From positions 1,641-65,640 of the forward strand of contig JBDSHF010000538.1 of the NCBI GenBank assembly GCA_039918595.1: DNA of 64,000 bases. Direction: 5' to 3'. Both the position numbers and the translations under genes were made by a program. Origin of the DNA: Thermoanaerobaculia bacterium (GTDB lineage: Bacteria; Acidobacteriota; Thermoanaerobaculia; Multivoradales; UBA5704). Shown here piece after piece: positions 60,701-64,000 of this stretch. The notes beneath the pieces were generated by a model. It had not been told where the DNA came from, ran no database searches, and worked only from the letters and a program-made list of their open reading frames with translations. Positions within the stretch are counted from its first letter, which is position 1; each line of letters begins with the position of its first letter.

Positions 60701-61651
60701 ACAGGGATAGAAGCTTTCCCGCCTGAAACCGCTGGGGCCGAAGGCGGCGGCGAAACGGTCGAGAGTCTCGGCCCGCACCGGCTCGGCTCCGTTGTAGGCC
60801 ACCCGCCAGCTCGACAGGTCGAGTCCCTGGCGGGCCTCCGGCGGGATGCGGCTGACGCAGAGGTCGTAGGCGAAGTTGGGGCCGCCGCTGGTCGTCGCGC
60901 GATACCTGCTGATCGCCTCCAGCCAGCGCCGCGGACGCTGCAGGAACGCCGCGGGCGACATCAGCACGCAGCGGCCGCCGCAAAAGAGCGGCTGCAGGAC
61001 GTTCCCGATCAGGCCCATGTCGTGGTAGAGAGGGAGCCACCCCACGACCACCGACTCCTCGTCCTGCTCGAACGCGGCACGGATCATCCGCTCGTTGTGC
61101 ATCAGGTTGGCGTGGGTGACCATCACCCCCTTGGGCAGAGCGGTGGAGCCCGACGTGTACTGGAGAAAAGCGATCGAATCCGGGGCCGGCCCGGAACCAT
61201 TCCAGGCTCTTGCCGGCAATTCGTCCACCGCGATCCAGACCGCCTCGGCGAGCTCGGGCGCCTGCCCGAGACCGGCGCCGGCCATCTTGCGCAGAGAGGA
61301 GGTGGTGAGCACCACGCGGGGAGCGGCATCACGAGCGATGGCGCGCAGCCGCGGCGAATCCCGCCGCGGCTGGGGTGGGTGGGCCGGGACCGCCGCGACC
61401 CCGGCGAGCAGACAGCCGAAAAAGCTGGCAATGAAATCGATCCCGGGAGCATGGAGGAGCAGCGCCCGGTCGCCCGGAGCGGCGACCGCCCTCAGGGCGG
61501 CGGCGATGCTCGCCGCGGACCTTTCCAACTCGACATAGGTGAGGCTGTCGACTTCCGCGCCATCACCAGTGAGGACCGAATACACCCGCTGGTCGGGCCT
61601 CTCTGAGGCACGGCGCCGCAGAACATCAACAAACGTGCCATGTTTTAACAT
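51749..61651 (-). CDS. NRPS-1: FAAL-ACP / C(starter)-A-T / C-A-T / C (lipo-initiation plus modules 1-2)
   Basis: 3300-aa ORF (count closes exactly) starting at ATG 61651. FAAL motifs: [79 protein letters not shown], with the Ser codon at 59771-59773. The starter-type C has [9 protein letters not shown]. A1 hand code is DLFNCALVYK (Ala-like), followed by T (GGHSL) and C (HHIASDGWS). A2 hand code is DVWHVSLVDK (Ser-like), followed by T (GGNSI), C (HHIVGDGWS) and a 55-aa charged tail. Approximate nt map: FAAL 59972-61651; ACP 59657-59869; C 58247-59599; A 56717-58159; T 56462-56668; C 55082-56389; A 53516-55009; T 53252-53470; C 51917-53188; tail 51752-51916. Confidence 0.97.
   Translation of the reverse strand: [3300 protein letters not shown]
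59657..59869 (-). other. Acyl carrier domain following the FAAL
   Basis: [15 protein letters not shown] is present. The phosphopantetheinyl Ser codon is at 59771-59773 (verified by back-translation). Confidence 0.85.
59972..61651 (-). other. Fatty acyl-AMP ligase (FAAL) loading domain of NRPS-1
   Basis: [57 protein letters not shown] and SSGKIQR are present. Confidence 0.9.
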
Positions 61652-61687
61652 TGGGAGAAGCTAGATCTCGATCCGCAGCTCCTGCGA

Positions 61688-63456
<1,769 letters not shown>

Positions 63457-63726
63457 TCATATGCTGCAAATACCCGCGACGAGCTCCTCTTCACCGGAAG
63501 CAAAGAATGCCGGCCCGAGATATCTCATGAAGCTGCTCAGCCTAGGGAGTAAGAGTCCAGCTTGCCCGACCCTATGAATCACTATGTTTGATCTGCGCCG
63601 CAGCTCATTGTTCTCAAAGGCCAGGAATTTCTTGCAGATCCTCTTTCGCGCGATGGCGGACTGGAAGGGGCGTTCCAGGCGATGGGCGTCGTAAGGATTC
63701 TCCCCCCACGGCAGGCCCAGCCCCAC
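63457..63726 (-). pseudogene. Possible degenerate transposase (IS3/rve-like C-terminal) remnant
   Basis: The 89-aa ORF contains GENPYDAHRLERPFQSAIARKRI. This weakly resembles the G-N-x-Y-D-N-A-x-x-E-S-F-F-x-x-L-K motif at the end of rve-type integrase cores. It has no start context, lower GC, and sits at the cluster edge. The match is weak. Confidence 0.2.
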
Positions 63727-64000
63727 CTGCCTCGGCAGAACCGAATGTCCTAGATATGTACTCTGCTATTTGGCAGGATTTGAACCCGGGACCCCCTGAA
63801 CCCCATTCATGTGCGGTGAACCTGACCACCCCTGTCTAACAGGGCCGTTCCTATAGAAGCGCAGGCCCAACTTCTTCCGTCTCGCTTCTGCTCCCCGCTC
63901 TTTGCCGGTCTTATCCCGCCTTATCTAGAGGCGGAATGTACTACTTATGTACTAGGGCGCGTCAACAGACGCGGGAGGACAAGACAATGACAGCTAAGAA

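Noticed and set aside
63771-63846. Possible tRNA gene on the minus strand (GGTTCAAATCC T-loop-like sequence followed by ...TGCCA).
   Set aside because: I could not fold a cloverleaf. The T-stem arms (CCGGG / CCTGC) do not pair, there is no 7-bp acceptor stem, and no convincing anticodon arm. At best it is a tRNA-derived fragment.
63987-64000. Possible start of a + strand gene (GGGAGG-N8-ATG ACA GCT AAG ...).
   Set aside because: Only four codons lie inside the window, which is too little to call a CDS.

Overview
This GC-rich window (~70% GC by eye) is almost completely filled by one minus-strand, translationally coupled biosynthetic operon, read from ~63.3 kb down to nt 1. Gene order: flavin-dependent tryptophan halogenase; NRPS-1 (FAAL-ACP-C-A-T-C-A-T-C, 3300 aa); a TauD/SyrP-like Fe(II)/2OG oxygenase; NRPS-2 (X-A[MT]-T-C, 1816 aa); NRPS-3 (7282 aa: X-A[MT]-T, four C-A-T modules, one E domain, one C-A*-T module with a vestigial A domain, terminal C); a second TauD-like oxygenase; NRPS-4 (X-A[MT]-T-C, 1815 aa); NRPS-5 (X-A[MT]-T, three C-A-T modules, TE, 4815 aa); and a MacB/FtsX-type ADOP-like permease. 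The permease runs off the left edge and is missing from the supplied ORF track. Together this is 19,028 aa of NRPS: one fatty-acyl loading module, 14 amino-acid modules, 14 catalytic C domains, 1 E and 1 TE. The predicted product is a lipotetradecapeptide, possibly Trp-halogenated. The unusual part is a unit repeated four times, always at the N-terminus of a protein and always following a protein that ends in a C domain. The unit is a condensation-like X domain without the catalytic His, a Glu-type A domain (hand-extracted code DAKDLGVVDK in all four), an FkbM-type methyltransferase inserted between A8 and A9, and a T domain. Two TauD-type oxygenase genes are interleaved with these units. This part list matches the AmbB/AmbE/AmbC/AmbD logic of methoxyvinylglycine (AMB) biosynthesis, but here it is used four times in-line inside a megasynthetase. 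Other notable points are an A-less C-A*-T module, a recent tandem module duplication with gene-conversion patches, a lower-GC halogenase gene, and stop/start overlaps at half of the gene junctions. The right edge (63.37-64.0 kb) is the only non-coding, lower-GC region and may hold mobile-element debris. All + strand ORFs over the operon are antisense artefacts. All domain calls are by-eye motif recognition with boundaries of about +-30 aa. Several motif-to-nucleotide mappings were verified by back-translation. Specificity codes were extracted by hand against remembered GrsA landmarks and need tool confirmation.
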